From positions 856,359 through 920,358 of the forward strand of contig CAWDSS010000010.1 of NCBI GenBank assembly GCA_963805065.1: a stretch of DNA of 64,000 nt. The letters are read 5' to 3'. A program made the position numbers and the translations under genes. The stretch comes from Candidatus Omnitrophota bacterium. Lineage in GTDB: Bacteria > Omnitrophota > Gorgyraeia > Gygaellales > Profunditerraquicolaceae. Below, in pieces: positions 17,889 through 26,935 of this stretch (within the stretch, counting starts at the first letter, position 1; every line of letters starts with the position of its first letter). The notes beneath the pieces were generated by a model. The model worked only from the letters and a program-made list of their open reading frames with translations, ran no database searches and was not told the DNA's origin.

Positions 17889-19113
17889 GCTAAGAGAGAA
17901 GATTGCCAAGGCACCGGATGCTGCTGGAGTGTATCTGATGAAAGATGCTGCCGGGAAGATTATTTATATTGGTAAGGCAAAGTCTTTAAAGAAGCGGCTG
18001 ATGAGCTATATGGCAAGGGACTTGGCTGCCAAGACCATGATTATGATGTCTCATGTCAGGGATATTGAATTTAAGCTCACCCAGACGGAAAGCCTGGCGT
18101 TGTTGCTTGAGGCCAGCTTCATTCATCAGCTCGAACCGAAATACAACGTATCGCTTCGCGATGACAAGAGTTTCCCCATGGTCAAGATTACCAATGAAAA
18201 ATTCCCCGCAATATGCATAACCAGAAAAAAAGAAGCTGACGGTGCAAGGTATTTCGGGCCTTATACCAGTGCAGGCCTGCTTAAGGAAGCGTTAAAAATT
18301 ATCAGAAGGCATTTTCCCTACCGCTCTTGTAAGAAGCTCCCTAAACTTGCGTGCATGTATTATAGAATTGGCCTTTCTCCCGCACCATGTGTAGGTAAAA
18401 TAAGTAAAAAAGCCTATGCTAAAATCATAAATAATATCGCTTTGATTTTGGAAGGAAGGACCAATACCCTGATTAAAAAATTAGCAAAAGAAATGAATTC
18501 AAAATCCCGGCAGCTAAATTTTGAGCAAGCAGCAAACATCCGGGATCAGATAAACGCCTTAAGCGCAATAGGCTATAGCCAGGCAGGTTCAGGGAGCCTT
18601 GATGAAACAGAAGATTTAAGGAGGCTATTGAAATCAAATAAATCTCCCCAGCACATTGAAGCATTTGATATCTCGAATATTAAAGGGCAAGATGCTACTG
18701 GTTCCATGGTCAGTTTCTATAGAGGAATTCCTGACAAGAATAATTATCGCCGTTTTCGTATAAAGACAGTTTCGGGAGTTGATGATTATAAAATGCTGGG
18801 AGAGGTTGTACATCGTCGGTATTTTAGGCTTAAGCAAGAGAAGCTGCCTTTTCCGGATTTAATTCTCATCGATGGAGGCAGAGCGCATTTATTAACCGCC
18901 AAGAAACAACTGGATAATTTAGGGATAGAAATTCCCCTGGTTAGTATTGCTAAAGAGCAGGAACACATATATACTAAAGATAGTTTACGTCCGTTGAAAT
19001 TGAATACGGATACTCCCGCGTTAAACCTTATCCGTAGGGTCAGGGATGAGGCGCACAGATTCGCGGTTTCCTATCACCATATATTAAGAAGAAAGAGAAT
19101 AATTGGTAAATGA
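17872..19113 (+). CDS. uvrC: excinuclease ABC subunit C, short form lacking the C-terminal (HhH)2 domain
   Basis: GIY-YIG (GVYLMKD..IIYIGKAKSLKKR), UVR motif (FEQAANIRDQINAL), central endonuclease region. Only 413 aa. Confidence 0.75.
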   Translation: MTDIDKLREKIAKAPDAAGVYLMKDAAGKIIYIGKAKSLKKRLMSYMARDLAAKTMIMMSHVRDIEFKLTQTESLALLLEASFIHQLEPKYNVSLRDDKSFPMVKITNEKFPAICITRKKEADGARYFGPYTSAGLLKEALKIIRRHFPYRSCKKLPKLACMYYRIGLSPAPCVGKISKKAYAKIINNIALILEGRTNTLIKKLAKEMNSKSRQLNFEQAANIRDQINALSAIGYSQAGSGSLDETEDLRRLLKSNKSPQHIEAFDISNIKGQDATGSMVSFYRGIPDKNNYRRFRIKTVSGVDDYKMLGEVVHRRYFRLKQEKLPFPDLILIDGGRAHLLTAKKQLDNLGIEIPLVSIAKEQEHIYTKDSLRPLKLNTDTPALNLIRRVRDEAHRFAVSYHHILRRKRIIGK

Positions 19114-19388
19114 CTAATTTTGCAAAAGATGTTTATAGAGTAGTATTAAGCATCCCCTTGGGGCAGGTTAGAAGTTATAAGTGGGTGGCTGAAAAGTGCG
19201 GCAGGCCCAAAGCATTTCGCGCAGTAGGGACAATACTTAAGAACAATCCTTATCCTTTGATTATTCCCTGTCATCGCGTGGTAAAAAGCAATAATGATAC
19301 GGGATGTTATGTTTTCGGCGCGAAACAGAAAAAATTACTTTTGGATTTAGAGAAGGAGATGGCTTTGTGTCTAGCGAACAGAAAATAA
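19110..19388 (+). CDS. minimal O6-alkylguanine-DNA alkyltransferase domain protein (MGMT C-terminal domain only)
   Basis: IPCHRVV active-site motif with the Cys retained; 92 aa. ATGA overlap with uvrC. Confidence 0.7.
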   Translation: MTNFAKDVYRVVLSIPLGQVRSYKWVAEKCGRPKAFRAVGTILKNNPYPLIIPCHRVVKSNNDTGCYVFGAKQKKLLLDLEKEMALCLANRK

Positions 19389-20308
19389 GGGCAGGGCTTT
19401 TTTATCTAAGCGTATTGATTTTTTTTACGGGATTACCCCTTATTTTGTCCTTTGCCCTGGGTTACAGGTTTAATACCAAGACATTCAAATTTACCAAAGC
19501 CGGTTTAATCGCCATAAAGACCCAGCCCCCGGGAGCCAGTATCTATTTAGACGGAAAGTTATTAAGCGAAAAGACCCCCTCTACGATAAATGAACTTCTG
19601 CCCGGTAAATACAGCTTAAGGATTGAATTAGAGAATCATTATGCCTGGATTAGCGAAGTAAATGTGGAGGCCAAAAAGGTAACGCGGCTGGAAAAAATAA
19701 TACTTTTCCCGCTTAGGGGAAATGTCTCGCAGCTAAACAAAGAAAAAATTACTTCATTCTGGGTGGATAGCGATACACAAACGGTTTATTACCTCAATCA
19801 GGAAGAAAATATTATTTATAAATCTGATTCTAACGGGGATAATTTTAAGGAGATTGGCTTATTGCCTGATATGCAACCGGTAAAAAAATGTAAAGTATCC
19901 CCTGACAAACAAAAATTGCTGTTTTTTAATCCCCATCAGTTAGCAGTAGTAAATTTAAAATTGCAGGCTGATTTGATTGAACCGGATTCGGCTATTATGC
20001 AGGATTATCCCAACCGTAAGATTACAGATGTATTCTGGCATTCTGATAGCTACCATCTCATTCTGGTCACGGAAAAAAATATCGAGGGAGTGGAGGCCAG
20101 CCCCAACGCGACACCCGTGAACCTCCTAAATTTAAATAAAAGGAATATCGTTTCTTTTTACGACGACAAGAAAGACACGCTTTATTTTATAGATTCCCAG
20201 AAGGCAGAAGACGCAAGGTTCTATGATAACGTGTATCAATTGGAGCTCGGCACCAAATTCCTGACTTTTAAGGAAATGATGAAGCCCAGGACAAATGAAA
20301 CAAAGTAA
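19367..20308 (+). CDS. membrane-anchored PEGA-domain protein
   Basis: GTG start with SD GAAGGAG. One TM helix, then a PEGA-like motif PPGASIYLDGK...TP...L.PGKY.L. Confidence 0.6.
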   Translation: MSSEQKIRAGLFYLSVLIFFTGLPLILSFALGYRFNTKTFKFTKAGLIAIKTQPPGASIYLDGKLLSEKTPSTINELLPGKYSLRIELENHYAWISEVNVEAKKVTRLEKIILFPLRGNVSQLNKEKITSFWVDSDTQTVYYLNQEENIIYKSDSNGDNFKEIGLLPDMQPVKKCKVSPDKQKLLFFNPHQLAVVNLKLQADLIEPDSAIMQDYPNRKITDVFWHSDSYHLILVTEKNIEGVEASPNATPVNLLNLNKRNIVSFYDDKKDTLYFIDSQKAEDARFYDNVYQLELGTKFLTFKEMMKPRTNETK

Positions 20309-21797
20309 AGGCATCTCTAAATTAAAAAGATCGCTGGAAATTATACCCGGGAGTGTTTCTTGGGGGATAATCGTTTTTTTTATATTACTGGCGATATTTA
20401 ATCCGGTAATCTGCGCGATACTGATTATTATTTTTGATTTCTACTGGATTATCCGCACAGTTTATCTAACCACCCTTTTAGTTTTAGCGCATAGAAAACT
20501 TTCCCAACAAAAAGACAGGAATTGGTTAGAGGCATGTAATGCCCAAAGCAAGAACAGGGATTACCACGATCTCTTGCACCTGGTTATATTCCCCGTATAT
20601 AAAGAAGGCCCGGAAGTGCTGCGCCCGTCATTGGAGGCTTTAAAGTCCAGCCATTATCCAAAAGAGAGGATAATCATAGTCTTGGCATTAGAAGAACGTA
20701 ACCCTAAGGCCTACGACAATGCCAGGATTCTTGAGTCGGAGTTTAAAACACACTTCTTTGATTTTTTGTCGACTTTTCATCCTGACGGCATACCCGGAGA
20801 GCAGCGCACTAAAGGGGCTAACGCAACCTGGGCGGCAAAACAAGCCAAAGAATATTTTGATGCCAAAGGCATTGCCTATAAAGATGTAATTGTTTCATGT
20901 TTTGATGCCGATACCTGCGTGGATAAAGGATATTTCGGATGCCTTACATATCATTTCCTCACTCAACCTAAGCCGCATCAGGCAAGTTACCAGCCAATGC
21001 CCGTTTACAACAATAATATCTGGCAGGCGCCTTCTTTTGCCAGGCTTGTGGAAATAAGCGCATCATTCTGCCAGCTGATTGAAAGCATGCGGCTGGAAAA
21101 ATTCGTTACCTTCTCCAGCCACAGCATGAGTTTTAAGACTTTAGTAGATATCGGCTATTGGCCTGTGGATATGGTCTCGGATGATTCAGTAATATACTGG
21201 AAGGCGTTCCTGTTTTTTAACGGAGATTACAGGGTCGTTCCTTTGTATATTACGGTATCTATGGATGTGGCATACTCCAGCAATTTATTCAAAACTATCC
21301 GTTTACAATATAAACAGAAGAGAAGATGGGCATGGGGAGTAGAGAATTTCCCCTTTGTCTTTTTGGGGTTTTTAAACAAAAAGCACATTCCCCTGTTCAC
21401 CAAAATAAGAAGAACATTCCATCTATTGGAAAGCCACATAACCTGGGCAGTATGGGCGATTATTCTTGTTTTGATTGGGCCGTTGCCGGTCCTGCTGGGA
21501 GGGGCATTCTTTAGCCAAATGGCCATAGGTTACAATTTACCCAAAATTACGGGGTTACTGCTAAACTTTACTTTAGTTACGAGCCTGGCATGGATAATTT
21601 TAAGCAGGACAATTTTGCCTCCGCGGCCAAAGGGGATAAGCTGGATGAAAAATGTGGTAATGATTTTAGAGTGGATTACCGTTCCTTTCATCATATTAGT
21701 CCTGGGGTCTACCCCTGCATTAGATGCACAGACCAGGCTCATGTTAGGCAAATATATGGAATTTAATCCTACTGAAAAAATAAAGAAAGTGGTATAA
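20295..21797 (+). CDS. integral-membrane family 2 glycosyltransferase (processive synthase-like)
   Basis: FDADT (DxD), QxxRW-type QKRRWAWG motif, flanking TM helices. Confidence 0.65.
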   Translation: MKQSKGISKLKRSLEIIPGSVSWGIIVFFILLAIFNPVICAILIIIFDFYWIIRTVYLTTLLVLAHRKLSQQKDRNWLEACNAQSKNRDYHDLLHLVIFPVYKEGPEVLRPSLEALKSSHYPKERIIIVLALEERNPKAYDNARILESEFKTHFFDFLSTFHPDGIPGEQRTKGANATWAAKQAKEYFDAKGIAYKDVIVSCFDADTCVDKGYFGCLTYHFLTQPKPHQASYQPMPVYNNNIWQAPSFARLVEISASFCQLIESMRLEKFVTFSSHSMSFKTLVDIGYWPVDMVSDDSVIYWKAFLFFNGDYRVVPLYITVSMDVAYSSNLFKTIRLQYKQKRRWAWGVENFPFVFLGFLNKKHIPLFTKIRRTFHLLESHITWAVWAIILVLIGPLPVLLGGAFFSQMAIGYNLPKITGLLLNFTLVTSLAWIILSRTILPPRPKGISWMKNVVMILEWITVPFIILVLGSTPALDAQTRLMLGKYMEFNPTEKIKKVV

Positions 21798-21822
21798 TAT
21801 TTGATATTTCAAAGGAGAAAAA

Positions 21823-22899
21823 ATGAGTATGACCATAAAAGAACTCATGAAGCTGATGGTTACGCGTAACGGCTCGGATTTGTTTTATCGCGCCGGAGGC
21901 AAGCCGCGTTTAAGGGTAGATGAAAAGGTGGTTGTTGTAGACGATGATGTATTAAGCGTGGATGACGTGACAAAGGCAACAGAAGAATTAACCACCCCTT
22001 CGCAAAAAGAGGCATTTCAAAGGACACGGGATATAGACTTCGCCATATACCTAAAAGAACTGGACAGGAGATTCCGTGTAAATATTTTTATGCAAAGGAA
22101 TTGGCCGTCGCTGGTTATCAGAAACTTAAACAGTAAAGTCCAGACCTTTGAAGAATTGGATTTACCGGTGGAGGTACTCCAGAAACTCTGCATGGAAAAA
22201 AGAGGCCTGGTTCTTTTGACCGGGACAATGGGCAGCGGTAAATCCACAACCCTCGCCAGCATGATAGAATATATTAATGTTAACAGTAATAAGCACATCT
22301 TAACTATTGAAGAGCCGATAGAGTTTACATTCAAAGATAAAAATTCTATCATTAACCAAAGAGAGCTTGGCCTTGATGTTTCTTCTTACGCGGTTGCGCT
22401 GCACGCCTTTACGCTGCAAAGTCCCGATGTCATGTATATAAGTAACATAAGGGACCTTGAGACAATGTCAGCGGCTATTACGGCTGCAGAAACCGGGGTC
22501 TTGGTTTTAAGCACCCTGCATACTATTAATGCCAGTAAGAGCGTTGAAAGGATAATTAATTTTTTCCCGCCCCATCAGCATCCGGAGGTTAGGAATCAGT
22601 TGTCTAGTTTGCTAAAAGGGGTAATATCGTTACGCCTCATCCCGCGTAAGGACGGAACCGGCCGCATTCCCGCTTACGAAGTTATGTTACTTACTCCTAC
22701 CATAAGCCGCCTGATCAGGGAAGGCAAGGGCTGGGAGATACCGGAATTTATCGAAGAAGGCGCAATATTCGGGATGCAATCATTTAACCAGTCTTTTGTA
22801 AAATTAGTCAAAGACGGTAAAATCACGGAAGAAGAAGCCACGAGATTCGCAGATAGCCGGGAAGAGTTTTCCCTGGCATTAAAAGGCATTAAGAAATAA
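21823..22899 (+). CDS. pilT: type IV pilus retraction ATPase PilT
   Basis: Walker A GTMGSGKSTT, IEEPIEF, SPDVM..SNIRD and STLHT motifs. Confidence 0.85.
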   Translation: MSMTIKELMKLMVTRNGSDLFYRAGGKPRLRVDEKVVVVDDDVLSVDDVTKATEELTTPSQKEAFQRTRDIDFAIYLKELDRRFRVNIFMQRNWPSLVIRNLNSKVQTFEELDLPVEVLQKLCMEKRGLVLLTGTMGSGKSTTLASMIEYINVNSNKHILTIEEPIEFTFKDKNSIINQRELGLDVSSYAVALHAFTLQSPDVMYISNIRDLETMSAAITAAETGVLVLSTLHTINASKSVERIINFFPPHQHPEVRNQLSSLLKGVISLRLIPRKDGTGRIPAYEVMLLTPTISRLIREGKGWEIPEFIEEGAIFGMQSFNQSFVKLVKDGKITEEEATRFADSREEFSLALKGIKK

Positions 22900-22910
22900 G
22901 CGAGGGCACA

Positions 22911-24012
22911 ATGTTAGAAGAAATAAAATCTAAACTGTCTGTTATCCAAAACAAGCTCCTACAACTAAGAGGTTATCTTTGACATAGATAACAAAAGCAG
23001 GCTCATAAATGAATTATCATTACAGATGTCCGTCCCGGGCTTCTGGGATGATGCAGCAAATTCAACGAAAGTAGTAAAGCAGCTAAAAAATTTAAAATCC
23101 TCTGTTGAGCCCTGGCAGATCATCTTTAAAAAACTTCAGGAACTGCAGGAGCTTATCCATATCCTTAAACCCCAGGACCAGGAATTCATTGCTGATCTGG
23201 AACGTAACACTAATATTCTTTTAAAAGAGATAGATCAGCTGGAATTTAGTACCCTGCTGGGAGGAGAACTTGATAGAAACAGCGCAATCTTAAGCATTAA
23301 TGCAGGCGCTGGCGGCACTGAATCCTGTGATTGGGTAGGCATGTTGTTGCGAATGTATACCCGCTTTGCAGAAAGGCATGGCTATGACGTAAAAACCATA
23401 GACTTTCTGCTTGGAGAAGAAGCCGGGATAAAAAACGTTACGGTTTTAATGGAAGGAGAATTTGCTTACGGCTATTTAAAGGCAGAACGAGGCGTACACA
23501 GGCTTGTACGCATATCTCCTTTTGATGCCAATAAGCGCAGGCATACTTCTTTTGCTTCGGTGGATGTGATCCCGGAAATCGAAGAAGACATAGATATAAA
23601 ATTAGAAGAAAAGGATTTACGCATTGAAGTCTACCGCTCAAAGGGAGCCGGGGGCCAAAGCGTTAATACTACGGATTCAGCGGTAAGGATTACGCATCTG
23701 CCTTCGGGCCTGGTCGCGCAGTGCCAGAATGAACGATCGCAACATCAAAATAAACAGACCGCCTTAAAAATATTAAAAGCCCGCATCTATGAGCTTAAAA
23801 GGGAGAAAAAAGAAAAGGAGCTGTTGAAACAATATGGCGCGCAAAAGAAGAAAATTGAATGGGGCAGCCAAATACGTTCTTATGTAATGCATCCTTACAA
23901 TATGGTAAAGGACCACCGCACGGATTTTGAAACCGGGGATGTGTCAAAAATTATGGACGGCGGGCTTGATGACTTTATCGAGGCATATTTAAAAAGCCAA
24001 CAGCAAAAATAA
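22911..24012 (+). CDS. prfB: peptide chain release factor 2, requires programmed +1 frameshift at 22977..22983
   Basis: The 23-codon ORF0 (MLEEIKSKLSVIQNKLLQLRGYL) ends in CTT TGA C. The +1 frame continues DIDNKSRL... into the 23026..24012 ORF, which carries SPF and GGQ motifs. Confidence 0.9.
22977..22983 (+). promoter_or_regulatory. RF2 autoregulatory +1 frameshift site CTT TGA C with upstream SD-like AGAGG
   Basis: Same slippery CUU-UGA-C heptanucleotide as the classical prfB site. Confidence 0.85.
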
Positions 24013-24013
24013 A

Positions 24014-26935
24014 ATGTTAAAATTAATCAGAAAAACAATCCTGGAAAACAAGCAGAAGCGTATCAGGCCAGGTTCCCCGGAGTAAATATTACTTTGCATC
24101 CGGAAATGCCCAATCCTTCCCTGAACAAGATGATAGAATTAAGCCGGATTGTGAATGCCATAAACGTGCTGGAACCTAAAATCAGCGCTCTTTCCGATGC
24201 CGAGCTTAAGGCTAAAACAGCCGGATTTAAAGAACATTGCCTAAAGAGGTCCCGGGAATACGAGCAGGAATTGCAGGAATTGGCAGAGTCGATGATGGCA
24301 GTGGCGATTCCTGAAGAGAAAGAGAAATTAAAGAAAAAAGTCAGGGATGTACGCAATAAAATCTTTGAGGAAATATTACCGGAAGCATTCGCGGTTGTAA
24401 GAGAAGCCTCCAGGCGCACAATTGGTCTTAGGCATTTTGATGTGCAGATGCTGGAGGGGTAGTCTTGCATGAGGGCAGGATTGCGGAGATGGCTACCGGT
24501 GAAGGAAAAACTTTGGTGGCAACTTTGCCTGCCTACCTTAATGCATTATTGGGGCAAGGTGTACATGTAGTTACAGTAAATGATTATCTTGCCCGGCGCG
24601 ACCGCGAGTGGATGGGCCCGATTTATGAATTTTTAGGGCTTTCGGTAGGGGTAATACAGCATGAAATGTCCGATGAGGAGAGAAAAATTGCCTATGCCTG
24701 CGATATAACCTACGGGACAAACAATGAATTCGGTTTTGATTATCTGCGCGACAATATGAAATACGGTTTGAATGATTTGGTGCAGAGGCCTTTCTATTAT
24801 GCAATCGTGGACGAAGTAGATTCCATACTTATTGATGAAGCGCGCACGCCGCTAATCATTTCAGGCCCCGCAGAGGAATCTACGGAAAAATATTACACCG
24901 CCAAGAAAATAGCAGACCAGCTAAGAGGAAGGCGGGTTACTGAAAGAGATCAAATCGATGCCAAATACAAGGGAGAAGATTTATCTAAGGGTTTTGATTA
25001 TCTTGCGGATGAGAAGGCCCAGACAGTAGCTTTAACTGAAGAGGGAGAAATAAAAGCAGCTAAGCTTTGGGGCGTAGAAAGTCTGCATCAGCTAGAGACC
25101 ATAGAATATCGTCACCATACTATCCAGGCCTTACGCGCAAAAGAATTTTTTGAACGGGATGTTGATTATGTGGTTAAAGATGGAGAGGTAATTATAGTCG
25201 ATGAATTTACCGGCCGCATGATGCCCGGAAGGCGCTGGTCAGACGGGTTGCATCAGGCAGTGGAGTCAAAAGAAGGCTTAAAAATCGAACGCGAAAATCA
25301 GACCTTAGCTACTATTACCTTCCAGAATTATTTCCGCATGTATGAAAAATTGGCAGGCATGACCGGAACTGCATTTACCGAGGCAAATGAATTTGAAAGC
25401 ATATACCAGCTGGATGTCGTGGTAGTGCCTACCAATAGGCCCTTAATACGTAACAATTAGCCCGGACAGGGTTTATAAAACAGAGAAGGAAAAATTTAAC
25501 GCTGTAGTAGAAGAAATTGCCGAACATTATAACAATGGAAAGCCCGTCTTAGTCGGTACCATTACTATTGATAAATCAGAGCGGCTTTCCGAAATGTTAA
25601 AAAGGCGCGGGATTACCGCATCAGGTGCTTAATGCCAAGTATCACGAGATGGAAGCGCAAATCGTTGCGCAGGCCGGCAGGTACAAAGCAGTAACTATTG
25701 CCACCAATATGGCAGGCCGCGGAACGGATATTTTATTAGGCGGCAACCCCGAATTCATTGCTAAAAACGTGATTAAACAAAAACTAAAACCAGAAGATCC
25801 TATTTATCAGGAGGAGTATAAAAAACTGCTGGATAAATACAAAAGAGAAACAGAAGAAGAACATAAAAAGGTTGTGGAGTTGGGAGGCTTGCATGTTTTG
25901 GGTACAGAACGTCATGAGGCCCGGCGTATTGATAATCAGCTACGCGGCCGGTCAGGCAGGCAGGGTGATCCTGGGTCATCCAGATTTTATGTAGCATTGG
26001 GAGATGATTTAATGCGTTTGTTTGGTTCTGACAGGCTGATCGGCATAATGGATAAGCTGGGATTAGAGGAAGGCCAGGTTATAGAGCATCCGTGGGTGGC
26101 GCGTTCCATAGAAATGGCGCAGAGGCGCGTAGAACAGCATAATTTTGAAATCAGAAAACAACTCCTGGAGTATGACAACGTTATGAATAAGCAGCGGGAA
26201 ATTATTTATGGCCAGCGTAGACAAACCCTGGAAGGGATTTCTTTAAAGGAAGAAGTAGAAGGGATAATTGAGAGGCTCATTGAAGACACCGTAGCAATTC
26301 ACATTCCAGATAACCAGGAGCCTGATGTGGCGGGTTTAGTAAGTATTATGAATTTGAAATTCGGCCTCGGGTTAGAAGTCCCCAAGATAGAAAATTTAAA
26401 CAAGGCCGATTTGAAAGATAAATTATCAGAAGATACGGTTAGCGCATATAACGAGAAAGAGAAGACAATCGGGACAGATTTGATGCGGCATCTTGAGCGC
26501 ATGGTATTTTTGCAGATTATTGACAGCAAATGGAAGGACCACCTTTATGCAATGGATAGCCTAAAAGAAGGGATAGGTCTACGCGCTTATGGGCAACGCG
26601 ATCCCTTGGTAGAATATAAACGTGAGGCATTTGAAATGTTCAGTCAGATGATTGCTTCTATAGAAGATGAGGCAGTGGAAGCGATATTTAAATTGCAGCC
26701 TCCCAAACAGGAAATATTCCGCGGCGTATTTAGCAGAGCTTCTCAGGAATTAATTCATCCCGAGGCAGTTAAATTCCAGAGGCCGCAAAACGAACCGGAA
26801 GAAATAACTGAAAGCCGGTTGCAGCCACAGTCAGCGCCTGCCTCTATCCCCCAACAATCCCATCCGAAGGTAGGAAGAAACGATCCTTGCCCCTGCGGCT
26901 CAGGCAAAAAATACAAAAAATGCTGCGGAAGATAA
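24014..26935 (+). pseudogene. secA: preprotein translocase ATPase SecA, split into four frames by single-base indels and with an anomalous 5' end
   Basis: Fragments 24094..24462, 24465..25460, ~25458..25632 and 25625..26935 together read as a complete SecA ([20 protein letters not shown] Walker A, C-terminal [14 protein letters not shown] zinc motif). Confidence 0.9.

Noticed and set aside
19304-19366. The upstream ATG at 19304 as the start of the PEGA-domain gene, which would overlap the MGMT-like gene by 85 nt.
   Set aside because: The GTG at 19367 has a good SD (GAAGGAG) and begins just before the TM helix. The extension would be an unusually long out-of-frame overlap.
24014-24085. The 23-codon ORF upstream of the secA body as a SecM/MifM-like arrest peptide (C-terminal RIRPGSP).
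   Set aside because: It has no signal or TM segment to be sensed by the translocon, it is shorter than the ribosomal exit tunnel, and its N-terminus looks like the genuine SecA N-terminus. A disrupted or duplicated 5' end is more parsimonious.
24063-24470. 135-aa ORF antisense to the secA 5' region. Other long antisense ORFs occur at 3567..4142, 43857..44306, 52752..53324, 55859..56335, 56624..57142 and 58806..59252.
   Set aside because: Each lies entirely opposite a confidently identified + strand gene, lacks an SD and any recognisable motif, and has the skewed composition of a shadow ORF. The 58806..59252 ORF also overlaps the true rubredoxin gene on the + strand.
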